DNA of 64,000 nt from Gekko japonicus (Eukaryota), in NCBI RefSeq assembly GCF_001447785.1, contig NW_015165240.1:997049-1061048 (forward strand). The letters run 5' to 3'. This document shows, piece by piece, positions 23,680 to 36,872 of the stretch. A program made the translations under genes and the position numbers. A model generated the notes under the pieces. It was not told where the DNA came from, ran no database searches, and saw only the letters and a program-made list of their open reading frames with translations. How positions within the stretch are numbered: the stretch's first letter is position 1; each line of letters opens with the position of its first letter.

Positions 23680-25332
23680 CTGCAGCAATTTTTTCTCGAA
23701 GTTTCTCATATTCTTCCCATTTGTTGTCCTTACATAATTTCTTCATCATTTCCCTGTGCTTTCTCAAATCTGACCAAAGGCAGTTTAAACAAGGACAGAG
23801 AAATGACCAAGAAAACATGGAAGGAAAACAATTTGAAATCAATGATATGAGGAAGTCTGGAGAAAAAACACTAGTGGTTAGCACCCAAACCACGGGAAAA
23901 CTTCAATGTGAAAAGTACCATGCTCTAACATACTTGCAAGAATTGCTTGACATTTCTTCAGACCTAAGAAGGCCACCGAATTTTAGAATATCCTCACTAA
24001 ATATCGGGGAACATATGGCTCTGTCTCTCTCTGTGGCATGCTTTCTCTTTCTCTAAGACTATGCAATCCATTTCTTATTGAATAATGCAGCATATTGAAT
24101 TCATTATCAGAACAATCTACCAAAAGCACTACGATCAACATGCAAAAAATAATAGTGTGGTAGAAGAGATTACCCAACCAATGAGGTCTGTGTGAAATGC
24201 AACACCCCTAAACACATGGTGTCAAAAATCATGCTAACCATATGCATCACGGGACATAGAAATATGCCTTAGTCCAGGCTGAAGAACCCTAAAGGACTCT
24301 ATTTGCAAGTACAAAATTGACATAGTTGTATCTCATTTTTCCTCTAAGAAGCTCAGAGCTGTGCTTATGAAATCCACGCAGTTTTAGCAAGGACCAGGCA
24401 TAGACCTGCTTCGTTTCAGAGATCATGGAGCTATGATCAAGGACATTCAGACCATACTTTTGAGTTTGTGAAAATCTACAGAAGCTTTGTTCATTGTAGT
24501 GTTGTCATTCACAATGTAAAGACCATTTCACATTCAGAGTATCACAATACAGAGCGCTTTTCCACATCCATATCACCTAATGCTTTCCAACTGTTTCCTT
24601 TTTCTCCAGAAGAATCAGATGTCATTAACAATAAAGCTACAGAAATATTGGCTTCTAATAGCCAAACCAGACATGCACTGATTGTTCTGCAACCAAAGCT
24701 TCAAACAACTTTTAAAAAACCTTATAGGGCAAATAGAGGCTTCTGAGGGCACTGAGAGGACAGGAAAATGGCATAAAAGGGAAAGGCTTAAGGCTCCTGT
24801 CTCTGCACACATGGCCTAAATCTAAATTGGAACCCCACACACCTGAATTTAAAAAAAAAATTGCTGGAAGCTCCAAGCATGGAACAACCAGTGCAGGCTT
24901 CATTTTCCCCTAAGGAAGCAATTATTAAGGAGCAATTTCAGTACTATAGACAAGATAAAATTGGCTGGAGGTTCGCACAAACAGGTATCAAAGGCTGTGC
25001 AAAACAGGATCAATCCAACAAGCAACTCAAGCAGTTACTTGTGACAGTAACATTTGGGATTGCCACCTGAGGTGCTTAAAAATACAGAACACATTGTAAA
25101 ACTTCACAACAACATCAGTGTGATAACAGTTCCATTTGTTAAAGGAAATTCTACATTTACATATTAGCACAGAGGTAAGCTGAAAATGGGGAAGGATGGA
25201 CTGGGTCTAAATATTTGGCAAACAAAGAAGTACAGATACTAAAGACAGTTTCACAAAGTTCCAGTTCTCCCTAACAGCTGACTTACGTGGGTCTGTGGGA
25301 GTTCTGAACAAATGCTTGGAGAAGGCAATACG
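23680..25332 (-). CDS. Candidate coding exons of an unidentified host gene (25287-25332; 23934-23963 or 23934-24052; 23680-23769)
   Basis: Canonical AG/GT boundaries (gtaagt, gtatgt, gtcagc donors) and phase-compatible open frames, e.g. RIAFSKHLFRTPTDP-R-LKKCQAILA-N-LRKHREMMKKLCKDNKWEEYEKLREKIAAG. No recognised family. Confidence 0.35.
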
Positions 25333-25382
25333 CTGGAATGAGGGCTAATATGTGAAACTCAGGCTAGACAATGTGCAACTGA

Positions 25383-27130
25383 TCTCTCTATATAATAATT
25401 CTGTTTTGGTCATGGACTCTCCTGAACATCCCACATGCTCCCAAATCAGTTGGATCCCTCATCTGTCACTCCAAAGCTGTCCCTATCCACTGGCTGCGTT
25501 GCCTGAGTCTCACCTCCAATATTCTAAACAGTTTGCTGTTACTCTCCCCCCAATAGCCGGTAGGAACTGTTACTATATGTGCTTGTATTTGCATTTTGTC
25601 TGTATTGTGTTTATGAAGTATTGATCAAATGTCTATGTATCTGTGTCTTGGGGGACTCAGGGATTTGTTGTTGTTTGTGTAGCTTTGCCTTGCATCTCAT
25701 GCTTGCCTATGAATAGGCAAGACCTGTGCTGCCTGTTGCTTCTACAGACCATGTGCTTCCCTGGAGTTTCTCCCATAATGCCTCGGGACAGAGGAGGCCC
25801 AGCGCCATTACACCCAACTTGGACCCTTGGAGAACAACAGCCTTCCCACCATTGTTGATCTGTGGGAACCCATGCACCTCGCTCTGCTATCTGGTTTGGG
25901 CATCAAAAAGACAATACTGTTTATTGCTCTGAGGACCAGGCTCATCTCTACTCCAAAGGTTGCCAATGGAAACGGAGGCTCACACCTCACCACATGGCCT
26001 CGCTTTGATGTAGGGTAGAATATCCTCATATTGCCCCCTTAGTGGACCTATAGCCTTAGAATAGAGGACGGACCCCAGGGTTTATGGCAGGTAAGGCCAT
26101 GCCCAGAACGGAGCTGTTAAAAAGAGAAACGCGGCTTTGTTTCTCTCTCTCTCTCTCTCTCTCCAGCCTCTGCTTCTTCCCCTTAGCGCTCTAAGGTGCT
26201 TCAGGTGACTCTCTAAGTTCCCCGGAGTTGCGACCAGGGAACGCGCACGTGGCTTGGCTGGACCAGCCTTTGTGTGTTCAGAGTTCACAAGTTGATACGT
26301 TAGGTGCCCTTCTTTCCTAAGAGGAGATTTCTTCTCAGCGGACCTCAGATAAGTATTAGCCGCCTACCTGTGAAGTCATTCCCCTTATTTGATGCTTTTG
26401 TTATTTTCCATGCTTTAATTGTTTCTATATGCTATTGTAACTAAGGAGCTTGTGTGAATCTTGTATGCATCTGTTTTTGTTTGTTTGAAGAAACTGCTTT
26501 AGTAAAAAGGCAACATTTATTCATAAACTTAGTGTGTTGTCTGACTTCCTTGGGAAATAGCAAGCCTTCAGACACCAATCTGACCTCTGGATACACGGGT
26601 TAGAACTCACGCACCACCCGCCTCTGTAAACAGGGTTGTTCCAGGCTCCCGGAACCATCTTTGGACCGGTTCAGGTAACAGAACACAGAGGTCATTTGCA
26701 TATGGGGCCTGATTGGCCTTTGCCTCTAAGATTCTAAACAGATTGGTGTTGCTGTTCGGAGTCATTGAATGTGTCCTGAGGTAAAATACATATCTCAATA
26801 TTCCCTTAAATGGTCACTTGAGTTGCCAATCTCCCTGTGGGGCCTGGAGATCTCCCAGAAATCACCGTGTTCCCCAGCCACAGCACATCATTTCCCCTAC
26901 AGAAAATTTCCCAGCTATTACAATGGCTGCTTTGGGCAGTGGACCTTATGGCATTATACCCTGCTGAAGTCCCTCTACACCCCAAACCCTGCCCTCCCCA
27001 GGCTCTACCCCTCAAATCTGCAGGTCTGGCCCTCCCCATAGTATTGCCAGCCTCCAGGCAGCACCTGGAGATCTCCAAGATCAGTTCTCCTGGAGAGAAT
27101 GGCTGCTTTGGGCAATGGACTCTGTGGAAT
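25383..27130 (+). mobile_element. Second copy of the non-autonomous Helitron (5' end intact, 3' end not found), split by a solo LTR
   Basis: A|TCTCTCTATATAATAA start; 25383-25567 and 26681-26810 match the reverse complement of ~20800-21143. Confidence 0.7.
25568..26680 (+). mobile_element. Solo LTR (1113 bp)
   Basis: tgttac...gtaaca inverted termini; 4-bp TSD gaac (25564-25567, 26681-26684); host Helitron sequence resumes exactly. Confidence 0.85.
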
Positions 27131-27611
27131 TACCTCAGCTTTTCTACCTTAGCTGCCACTGCATAACCCCAAATCAACATAAGTCGGGGTGGAGGGAATC
27201 ATACCTGTTACCATGAGGCTGTCCTCCCATAGTACCCACTTGGGGCAGCAATATGACTTGAGAAGGCCAGACTGGCTCTTTCTCTCTCTTGCCTTTTATA
27301 GGATTCCCTGGCCCCATCCCCACATGGTCTGTCTTCAATCTGCTTCCACTGGCTCCATCTGGGATGCCTCCACTATGATGCCTTTTATTGGATTCAGTTG
27401 ATATGCCACTATATTCTTTAAATGGCATGATTTGGCCATGGCCATCCACCAATTTCCTGCCTCTTCCCCCTTGCTGCCTATCTCCCTGCCCTGCTCCTTC
27501 CCATTGATGCTCAGAGCTGCCTCTTAGCCTCTCCCATTCTGGCCTTGCCCTGCCGTGCCTTTTGACCATGCCCCTCCCTGGCATTGTCTGGCTCCCTGTC
27601 TTGATCTCAGC

Positions 27612-28166
27612 TGTGTCAGAGCGATCTGCCTGGGTCCCAGCCACCTCCCTCTCCTGGCTTTTGTACATGGGTGAGCCTGGGTCCTGGCTGTTCTCGGCTG
27701 GGGCAGCTGGGGAGGGGTTGAGTTGGGACAGCGCATCAGGAAACCTGAAGGACTGTTTTTTGCCATATTGGTTTTGCTTGCAAATTAAGATCTTAACCTC
27801 CAGCCCTCCTGTCAACCAGGCCTCCCTCAAGCCCTGGCTGCCATGGGAGTGGGGTGGCTCTGGAATGTAAAATTTCTTTTCTGATGTGTCTTCTCAGTTT
27901 CCATTATCTCTGTCTGACCTTCAGTGCCTGGTATAGTATTTCTCTTGGGGAAAGTAGCCCATTACTTCGGCAGGCTTCTACCTGGCCTCTGATTGGCCCT
28001 GGGCCATCAGGGGGTCTCCTTGAACAATGTATAACTGTTTGCTTCGTGCGCTTTATGTTAGTTCTAACACAAAATGGTTAAGATATAACCATACTCTCAT
28101 ATTCTCAATAAACTTTACTTCTTTGAATGAAAGCTGTTGGGAACTGATTGCTGCAGGAGTCTGACA
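27612..28166 (+). mobile_element. Probable LTR remnant
   Basis: tgtcaga...tctgaca inverted ends, AATAAA at ~28108; TSD not identifiable. Confidence 0.4.
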
Positions 28167-28364
28167 CGTCCTCTCTGTGAATGGAAATGAAGTTAGAGGA
28201 AAGGGAACTGGACACTCAGCTGTTCCCAGAGTAACACTTCACTTATGAAAATACCCTCCCCGGAGGTCAACCTACTCTTTTAGAGTTTAGGCGACAGTTC
28301 AAAATATCTTTGGTTTGCCTAGGCTTGTGTTGTTTTCTCACTTTTAATATTTTAATATTAAAAG

Positions 28365-28650
28365 AGCCAGTTTGGTGTAGTGGTTAAGTGTGCAGACTCT
28401 AATCTGGGAGAACCGGGTTTGATTCCCCACTCCTCCACTTGCAGCTACTGATGTGACCTTGGGTCAGTCACAAGCTCTGGCACAGCTGTCCTTGAAAAAG
28501 AGCAGTTTGTGTCAGAGTTCTCTCAGCCCCACCCACCTCACAGGGTGTCTGTTGTGGGGAGGGGAAGGGGAAGGAGTTTGTAAGCCGCTCTGAGACTCCA
28601 AGTGAAGGACGGGGTATAAATCCAATCTCTTCTTCTTCTTCTTCTTCTTC
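28365..28650 (+). mobile_element. tRNA-derived SINE (Squam3-like)
   Basis: Same family as 8548-8823; (ctt)n tail. Confidence 0.8.
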
Positions 28651-28909
28651 ATAGATGCATTATTTTACCTTTTCTGCCTTGCCTGGACATGATAATCCTC
28701 CCTGTACTTTTATGTTCTGTGCCTTTGCAGTTACATCCCTTTGCTATATTTCTGTTTGCTTCATTATATTGCCGCTGGGCTGGATTGTTTTACTGGTAAT
28801 GGGATCAGTTCTGTTACTGTTGCTGTTTTTTAATGTAACTATTTTATTTGATGCTATGAGCTGTTTCAGGCAGTTCTTCTGGAGAAGTGGCATATAAATG
28901 GTCTACATA

Positions 28910-29210
28910 AACAGACATTTCAGGCAGGCGTTCCGATAGGAGCGACGTTTACCAGCTGCGCCCTGTAGTGAACTCTGATCCTATATGATCTAATGCGGCG
29001 GTACTGCCGAATGTGTCCTTAAATTGCACCTTAGTTCTATCGCCATCTAATGAATGTTTTAATGAATGTTTTATATTGATTGCTGTGTTTTAATTGATGT
29101 TTTATAATCTATTATGAATGTATACTGCTTGTCAGTTCTTGGAAGCTGCCCTGAGCCTGCCTAGCGGGGAGGGCGGGGTAAAAGTGAAACAAACAAACAA
29201 ATAAATAAAT
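28910..29210 (+). mobile_element. L2 LINE 3' end
   Basis: TDIFRQAF-like C-terminus, gccctgagcc...gggcgggg 3' stem and (AAAC/TAAA)n tail. Confidence 0.65.
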
Positions 29211-29899
29211 ATATATTATGAACATAGCTTGGATGTATCTTTTCAATCAAAGAAAACAGTTGCACAGGACACCAACATTTCATTTGCATTTTCAACTGAA
29301 CAAAAATAAAACATATTTACTTCTGCCAGTGGCAGGTCTTTACAAGAGGACAGCCATTTACAGGCCCTTTGTTAAAAAAAAGAAAAGAAAAGAAAGAACA
29401 CCAGATACTTAGGGAGATAATTTATTTAGATCATGTCTATATCTCCCCTCCAGATAATCTCTTCAAGCAGGTTTAACAAAGTAAAATGTGAGAAAAAGCA
29501 GGAAATCATTAAATGTTAACTAAGCTATTAGAATGAAAAAAACAGCATTTAATAAAAACTAGCACTGAAATGAGTTTTTTAAAATACGCACAAACTAAGG
29601 ATAATAACAGAGCACTGGCACTCATTTTTACAGCAGTATAATCCTGTAATCAGTTCTCCAAAACATGTAAAATCAGTCCCCAAATAAGATCAATTCCTCA
29701 TTTTCTATACTTTGTCTTGTCAGACAGGTACTAAGAAAAAAAATCAGTTCCTCTTTTAATGGCCACAAACTTTCCAACTCCAAACTGTTACATCAGCCAA
29801 ACTTAAACAGATTCATCTGGGGACTACCTCTAACACTGTAGAGGCAGCCCAGCTATCAAAGGCATTAAGCAAATATCTTCCTCTAGCAACCATACAAAT

Positions 29900-30220
29900 G
29901 AATCAGCAATTGGAGTCAATAATGGTCTGGATGAGATCCAACACACTAAAGTGCAATCCAGAAAAGACAGTTGCTCAATAATATTGCCAGCCAGGGATTT
30001 GGGTATCAGACTGTTTTGGATTGAACTGTAGTCCCATGGGGGGAATTTTGGGGAGGATGCTTTCAGATCCTTCTCTGCAGATGGATGCTCAAACCTCAGT
30101 GGCAGAAGTACTGTCTTTGCCCAGCTTCGATTGATATGCCAACTATGGTATTTCCACTCTTGGGTAGGCAACACTTGCCTATAGTTACTTGTATACTGAT
30201 CATGTCCAGGAGATGTCTGG
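29900..30220 (+). mobile_element. Old L2 ORF2 fragment
   Basis: WMRSNTLKCNPEKT and ...AQLRLICQL remnants. Confidence 0.6.
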
Positions 30221-30496
30221 AAGTTCCCATTGATCCAGAATACTGTGGCAAGATGGCTAAATTATCTCACCATTCTTAAAAGAACTGCACTGCCTGCCTA
30301 TTTACTTATAGGCTTGATTAAAAGTGCTGATTATCACCTTTAAATAGAATGATAAAGATGATAAGCAGCATTTTGAATAGTGCCATTCTGATACTACAGC
30401 ATTTTAAAAAAAATGCTTACTCCCAGGTAAGCCTCCTGTACAACATTCAACTAAAACCCTACTCTATGGTTATGCAGGGTTCTTAGTTGTCCACAC

Positions 30497-30712
30497 TAGG
30501 GTTGCCAACCTTGGGGGGGACTGGAGATTTCCCACAATTACAACTGATCTCCAGATGACAGGGATCAGTTCCCTTGGAGAAAAGGGCTGCTTTGGAAGGT
30601 GGACTCTATGGCATTGTACCCTGCTGAGGTCCCTTCCATCCCAAAACGCAGCCCTCCCCTGGGTCCACCCCCCAAATCTCTAGCTATTTCCCCACCCAGA
30701 GCTGCCAACCCA
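30497..30712. mobile_element. tagggttgcc-TIR MITE (further copies at 45056-45500 and inside both Helitron copies)
   Basis: Starts tagggttgccaacc, ends ctgccaaccc; shared body gatctccag...atcagttccc..ggagaaa..ggctgctttggaaggtggactctatggc. Confidence 0.7.
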
Positions 30713-31836
30713 GGCAAGCCTTTGGTTTTTGGGCAACTCTTGCCCCCCCCCCCAGGGGCATGCTGAACTTCAGATCCAGAGAGGCAAGAAGGTGAATAGC
30801 ACCACCATCTTTCTCTTCTCCACTACATCTGTCCTGCAAAGCCTTGAGAGAGAGATCCCTAGCCATGCAGAACCCTAAACATCTTGCAGAGGTGAAAGGC
30901 CTCATGAAAGGGTGTGGGAGGCGGACTGCAAGCTTTTTGGGATTGGGGCGTTTTTCTGCCCTGCTCCCTTCCTAGCTGCACCAAACCATTAGCAGCCAAT
31001 TGCAATTCTCCTATTACCACCATAAGCTATCCATACCCGAAGCTATTGGGTTAGTCCGGGTGAAGTTCTGGCTTCACTGAGGGCAGGTCTCATTCTGGAC
31101 AGTGGGCTGCCAAAACCAGAAACTTTTCAGTGGTGGCCCTTTATATATGGAATTCCTACAGCCATTTTCCTGGTTACAATTTCATTCATTTTTAGGGTCC
31201 TTGTTTTGCTTTACACTTGGATATTTTGCCATATATCCTACCATTCTGTTCAGCAAAGTCTGACACCTTCTTCTAGTGTATGGCACTCCAACTGAAGTGG
31301 CTCTGCCTTTGCTGGAAGAACCACTTCACTTTGTGGTAAGTTCTTTAGGCTAAAGGAAGCCTTTAAACTTTGCTCAGCAGAGCAGAAGGATACATGATTT
31401 TGTTTTGCGGCTGACTGTTCCATATATCATATTTTTATTATCTACTGTATTGTTGTATTTTTCCTTGTTTTAATGTGGCAATTAAATCGCTTTAAGAATG
31501 ATTGATAATACCTCCATTAGTGACCTCAGAACCCATATGGCTCAGAGGCCGGATATATATATTTTCTAAACATATTTCTTCAGAATGTGGAAGAAAAAGA
31601 GAATTGGCAAGGTGTATTCTCTCTCCCCCAGGGCTCCCTGCCACTACTGTCTCACACTATGAAGCCATACGGCTGGGCAAAACAATTAGTGAAGAAAGAC
31701 AGAAAAGGTGGTTGTAAGAGAATCCTTGTAGGAATTTTGCTGTGACTGTCCCTGGCAAAATTGTGGCTTGGATTGTCCCTCTCAGTTGCATTCAGTTGAC
31801 AATGCTACCCTGAAATTACTGATGCTATTTATCAAT

Positions 31837-32184
31837 AAGGTAAAGGTAAAGGTTTCCCTTGCTCAAAAGCTAGTTAAGTCCAACTCTAAGGTGTGGTGCT
31901 CATCTCCGTTTCCAAGCCGAAGAGCCAGCACTGTCCAAAGACTTCTCCATGGTCATGTGGTCACCATGACTAAATGTTGAAGTGCATGGAACGCTGTTAC
32001 CTTCCCACGGAAGTGGTACCTATTTATCTACTTGCAATTTCTTGCTTTCAAACTGCTAGGTTGGCAGGAGCTGGGACCAAAGATGGGAACTCATTCTGTC
32101 ATGCAGCACTTGGGTCTCAAACTGCCAAACTACAGACCTTCCAGTCTGCAGCTCAGCATCATAACCTCTGAGCCACCGCAGCCC
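31837..32184 (-). mobile_element. Sauria SINE
   Basis: (ACCTTT)n tail on the minus strand; conserved ttaccttccc....gtggtacctatttatctacttgca and tttcaaactgctaggttggcaggagctggg blocks. Confidence 0.85.
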
Positions 32185-33187
32185 CTTGTTTATCAATACT
32201 GCTCAACAATTGGCAAGAGAAACATCCTCCCATTTAATTCAGTGCTATCAACATCAGCAATTGTCTAGAAGCATTACCTAGAGCATTCTGGTAAGCGAAG
32301 AGGGTTCTGCTAGGCAATGTCTCTTGCTTCCTGTGTCAGCTGACAGCAGGAATTGCAGTTATGGAACAGTGGGGGGAAATAATTGGAAGAAGCAAGAACA
32401 CAGGAGTATTGGGAAGTAATGGAGAGATAGGAGATGGAGGGGAGATGGAGCTCTCCCCCTCCCAAACAAATCCACTCATAACCCATCAAACTGGCATGCT
32501 ATTAGCTAGTGAAGAAATATTACGCAGCCACAAAGGCCATGGAAGTGTTTGCAGTTCCGACTACCCATAGCAATCAAAGAGGACAAAACAAAATGGTCAT
32601 ACAATAGAGATGAACAATGTATCGTATGTCTACAGCAATCATTTAAAACTTACATAGGCAAACTAATGAGCAGCTGTTTCAGCCCAGAGACTTAAATCAA
32701 GGCCTAGACAGAAGCTGCCAAAAATATTGAACTCAGACTCACAGTGCTGACTGAAAACTGATTATCTAAATCTATCAACAACAGATGTGGGAAAGAAACT
32801 AATAAAGGAGAGAAAAAATAATCAGTAGAATAAGACTGTACTCAAACAGTAAGATCAACAGTGCCCACAAGCAGTTTCTCCAATTACTGTCAATGGGTAC
32901 TGGAAGCCAAACAAATACTGAACCTGTAGACAGCAACTAGAAGGTTATTTGGTTTTATCTTGGACCTCTCTATTAGATGCCCGCTTTCTTTATTTTTATG
33001 AGAGGAGCATTCAAACAAGCAATTTGCTACCTGCATTCTAAAATGGTCTGGAAAGGATTTACTATTTGTTACTGTCTCTGTGGATTTGACTAAGCAAAAT
33101 GCAGATGACAATTAGAAGGTGCTAGTGCTATGTTACTGTATGTTAATGAAGTGTGTTGGATCTGATGTACTATAAGAAGAGTGAAGG

Positions 33188-34418
33188 TTATAAAATGAGA
33201 TCTTGCTCTTCTTGCTGCTGCCGACAGAACCCCTGGAAATTCTGTTCTGGTGGGGGAGTGAAGGAACCCACATGAACAGGATGGGGGCAATGTGGAGGGG
33301 GAACTATTCCGTTAGCATTTGGATCCACCTGGGGATCCAACCCTGCCATTTCAAGTGAAATCTCAATGGTTATATCTTGTATTATTTTACTACTATTTTC
33401 ATCTGAAGAAATGTACTGCATTATGTAAATATGCATATGAGTCTTTGCCAACAGACTGACAAGAAATGTGGCATGATAGCATCCTAGCATTCCTATGGAG
33501 GCAAGAAAGGAGGTGGGCAGCAGATTAACTGAGATTTACATACCAACCTGATGTGATGTGCATGTCTGGTAGACTAACCAGGGTTTGTGCAACCAGGCTA
33601 TTGTAATGACGAAATGCAGTAATTGTAACAGAGTACCAATTCTGCTTCAACAGCAGAAAATGCATCAATTTTATAATGAGACAGCTGTGAGCAATGCCAA
33701 GGGAAATGGAGACGCCTAGTGAATAATGTTGTGAAGGACATAAAAAAACACAAACCAGCTGAACCGAAGTATCTCAGTATCCTTCTTGTGAAATCTTAGA
33801 AACCTAGTGCTAGATTGTATATCTCTGTTTTGCTGATGCTGGAAGCTTTCACCCAGTGGTAGAAGCTTTATCAACACAAAAAGCAAGAGGACAATTTCAA
33901 CCTCTCCAACACTGAAGTCAATAATTTTACATGTCATTTGCCATATGCCCTAACCCTAACCCCCCCCCCCCCCAAGGTGCAGTGATCCTAACCAGAATTG
34001 GGCCTCCATGGTGCAGTTTAAAGGAGTTCCTGGCTGGGAACTTACTGCTCCAAATGGCAGGCATCCTCACAGACACTCATATCATCTAGTTTGGCCTTAA
34101 CATGAATGTGGAATCAGAACCTATGATGAACACTAGCCTTCAAATTAGAGTGTTTTGTCTATAAAATGAGGAACATTTAAGCCACTTCTGCAATTAAGCC
34201 ACTTTTTCACACCACTACTATTCCAGAACTATTGTTTACTTACAAGGGAGCAGAATCACAAGTTTGCTACTGCCACATAAAAATGTAAAGGTCTTACCTG
34301 GAGCTAGCAAATCTTGAACTGACAAACTAAAAATCCTGCCCTTTCAAAAATTGCACTATCTCCTTCATGTCTCGGTGTTCAAAATGTGCAATGGCACTTC
34401 GCCACAATATGCTAATAC
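33188..34418 (-). CDS. Candidate last two coding exons (34298-34418; 33188-33402) of an unidentified host gene, with an apparent +1 frameshift
   Basis: Strong sites tttttgtag|G...CAG|gtaag and tttcttcag|AT. The phase-1 join gives ...SVQDLLAP-D-ENSSKIIQDITIEISLEMAGLDPQ...EEQDLIL*. AATAAA ~195 nt after the stop. Confidence 0.5.
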
Positions 34419-34700
34419 CTACAAAAATAATTGGGAATGCTTTGCACATATTTTAGCATTATTATATGGTTGCTCACAGACAAGCCACAACACAATGAGT
34501 GATATGTTATCATAGTAAAACTTTTAAAAATGACTCCATTAAGTCATTTGTAGATGTTAGTGGGCATGGCAGCCAACAGAGAATGTTCACAGTTGGGATT
34601 AACTCAAAGAGATGGACAATTAAAACATCCTTGTGCCTTAATCGCTATCATTCTCCCCTTCATTTGTTGCCTTTCTCTTTTATAGTGTAAACAATAGGAC

Positions 34701-34936
34701 TAGGGTTGCCAAGTGGATTTTCGCCGGGAGCGGGGGGCTCCCGGCCAGCGTCTGGTGCACGCATTTTCCCTTGGATGTCCGTGGCCCCACCCCCAGCGTG
34801 CCTGGCATCCTCCCATCACTTCCAGGTGACGCGCACGTCGCGGCAGAGTTCCCCCCGGGGCCCGATCCAGTGGCGCCGGGGAACGGGCCTCTGGGGCGGG
34901 GATTTCCCCGCCCCCCGGGGGGACTTGGGATCCCTA
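34701..34936. mobile_element. hAT-type MITE, CpG-rich; same family as 2811-3022
   Basis: TIR tagggttgcca / tgggatcccta; perfect 8-bp TSD aataggac (34693-34700, 34937-34944). Confidence 0.85.
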
Positions 34937-36872
34937 AATAGGACTCATTCTGATTATATATCTGAGATTAATGGGATCTCAAAGGAGGTATAATAATTTT
35001 AATTTGTTACCACAATGGATCATTATCATCAGAAGCTTTTGGATAACATTTTGGACAATTAATTTCTGAAAAAAACTGATATTTGAATCCATCTTTGTTC
35101 CTACAAATCAGTCATGTACACATTCTAGAAGTATCCAAAACAAGAATATTAGTTACCCCACCTGCTATAATTTCAATATCAAAGTTTAGAGATATGAGAC
35201 TTTTATATCACTACACTAGTGTTTATATTACATTTTATTATGTCTGGAGAATGATCTCCACTGCTTTGCAGGATCCAGGGTAATAAATAGCTGCCAAGTT
35301 TGATTAATGGATGAAGTCAAGCTAAGGCGCTTAGTCAATCTCAAAGCTTTTTATTACTACTCTTTTGCAGAAGAGATTATTCCTATTACTCCCCCAAACC
35401 AAAACATTGCAAAGGAAAGCTAATGGGGAGCTATTGTTTATCTCACTATAGAGAATGAAAATCATGAACCAGTCATTTCTTGTTGGCTTCCAGCTAATAT
35501 TTCATCAGGGTGTGGCAAGAGTGGAAAGAGATGCCTGAAGATAGGGATTTCAAGAAGAATCTGAGTGAATGGCTTGTGTGATTTGATTTTCTTTTTAAAA
35601 GGATTAAAGACACCTGGGGTCTAAGTCCCAAACTGCCAGTATTAAAAAAGTACATACAACTGCAAGCCATCAAGTAATCTCCAGATTTGCATGTGTAACC
35701 AAAAGCCTGTCCCAGTCAGCACAGCATTAGACAGCAAATCCTGTGAGTTGTGTAAAGACCCTTGCCCATCAACAACAACATTCCTTGCACACAGGATTGC
35801 TGACATTGTGCTCATTCATCAGGAGATATACTTTCCCTTTAAATGCAGTAATAAAATTTGCACTCAAACAACTCGTCCTTTGATCAATATGAAGCAGGTT
35901 TGTCAATAAACTTATTTTACCCGTTAAACAATAGCAGTAGAGCACAGGTAATGAGAGCAGAGATAATAGAGTTCTGTGGATTTTGGTTAATGAAAACTGC
36001 TGCTTACATGATGAATAAGCTACTTAAAAGTCCAATGCTATAGAATTTTAAACAAACAAGTTGTTTTGTAGGTGTTTTCACAGATATATTGCATGATTTA
36101 GAGAGAAAAAACAATTGGACAAAAACTGCAACAGTTTTATGATGTAGTGTTTTTAGTTCCATTATTTAACAGCATCAAAGTACCATAAATTGATATTAAA
36201 CAATAATCAGAAACTGATTGTAGAAAGAAACTTCCTTTTCCCTTATAACATTAAGGTAATATTTGGCAATTTATAGTAAAAGGATATTAAAATGAGTAGT
36301 TGCTTGTAAAAATGGAAACACTACCTGCAACCAGAGATTCAAAGAACCATCCTCATAAATAAATATATGCTACATTCATTCTATTAGAAACCATTAGTGT
36401 ATCAAAGAAGGACAAACCTCTTAAGCTTAAAAGCAAATACTGAAGGCAATGAAATACAAGTCTCTCTTCTATACAATGAGTCCCTCAGGTAATCTGACTG
36501 TCCCATTTTAATGCAGATGCTAGAGGTACAAGGCACATCCATATGTATAAACACATGTGTTGTCTCCCCACTTCAAATGAACCAATGCCAGGGGATTTGG
36601 GGAGATTGGGAAATGGGGTATGTTTGCCAGAGGGAACAGTTTTCAAAACTCTATGACATGAATGGTTATGAGGGGATATCCAGAGGCCATGATAAGATTA
36701 TGATTAAGAAAAATGGTGAATCTGCTCCTGCTTAGGGGGTGTGGGAGGAACAGGGGTTTGGGGTTCCTACTCCAAGAACAAGCTCTGGATGTAAGGGATT
36801 GGTTTTAAGAAGTACTTCTTCACCTAGACCTCCACCATGCTTTTGATAAAGTTCCTCAACAAAGGCTACAAA

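Noticed and set aside
27174-27830. 218-aa minus-strand ORF
   Set aside because: Low-complexity, GC-skewed repeat/LTR-like sequence with no recognisable motifs.
33948-33963. Interstitial telomeric repeat (CCCTAA)
   Set aside because: Only two units followed by poly-C; expected by chance.
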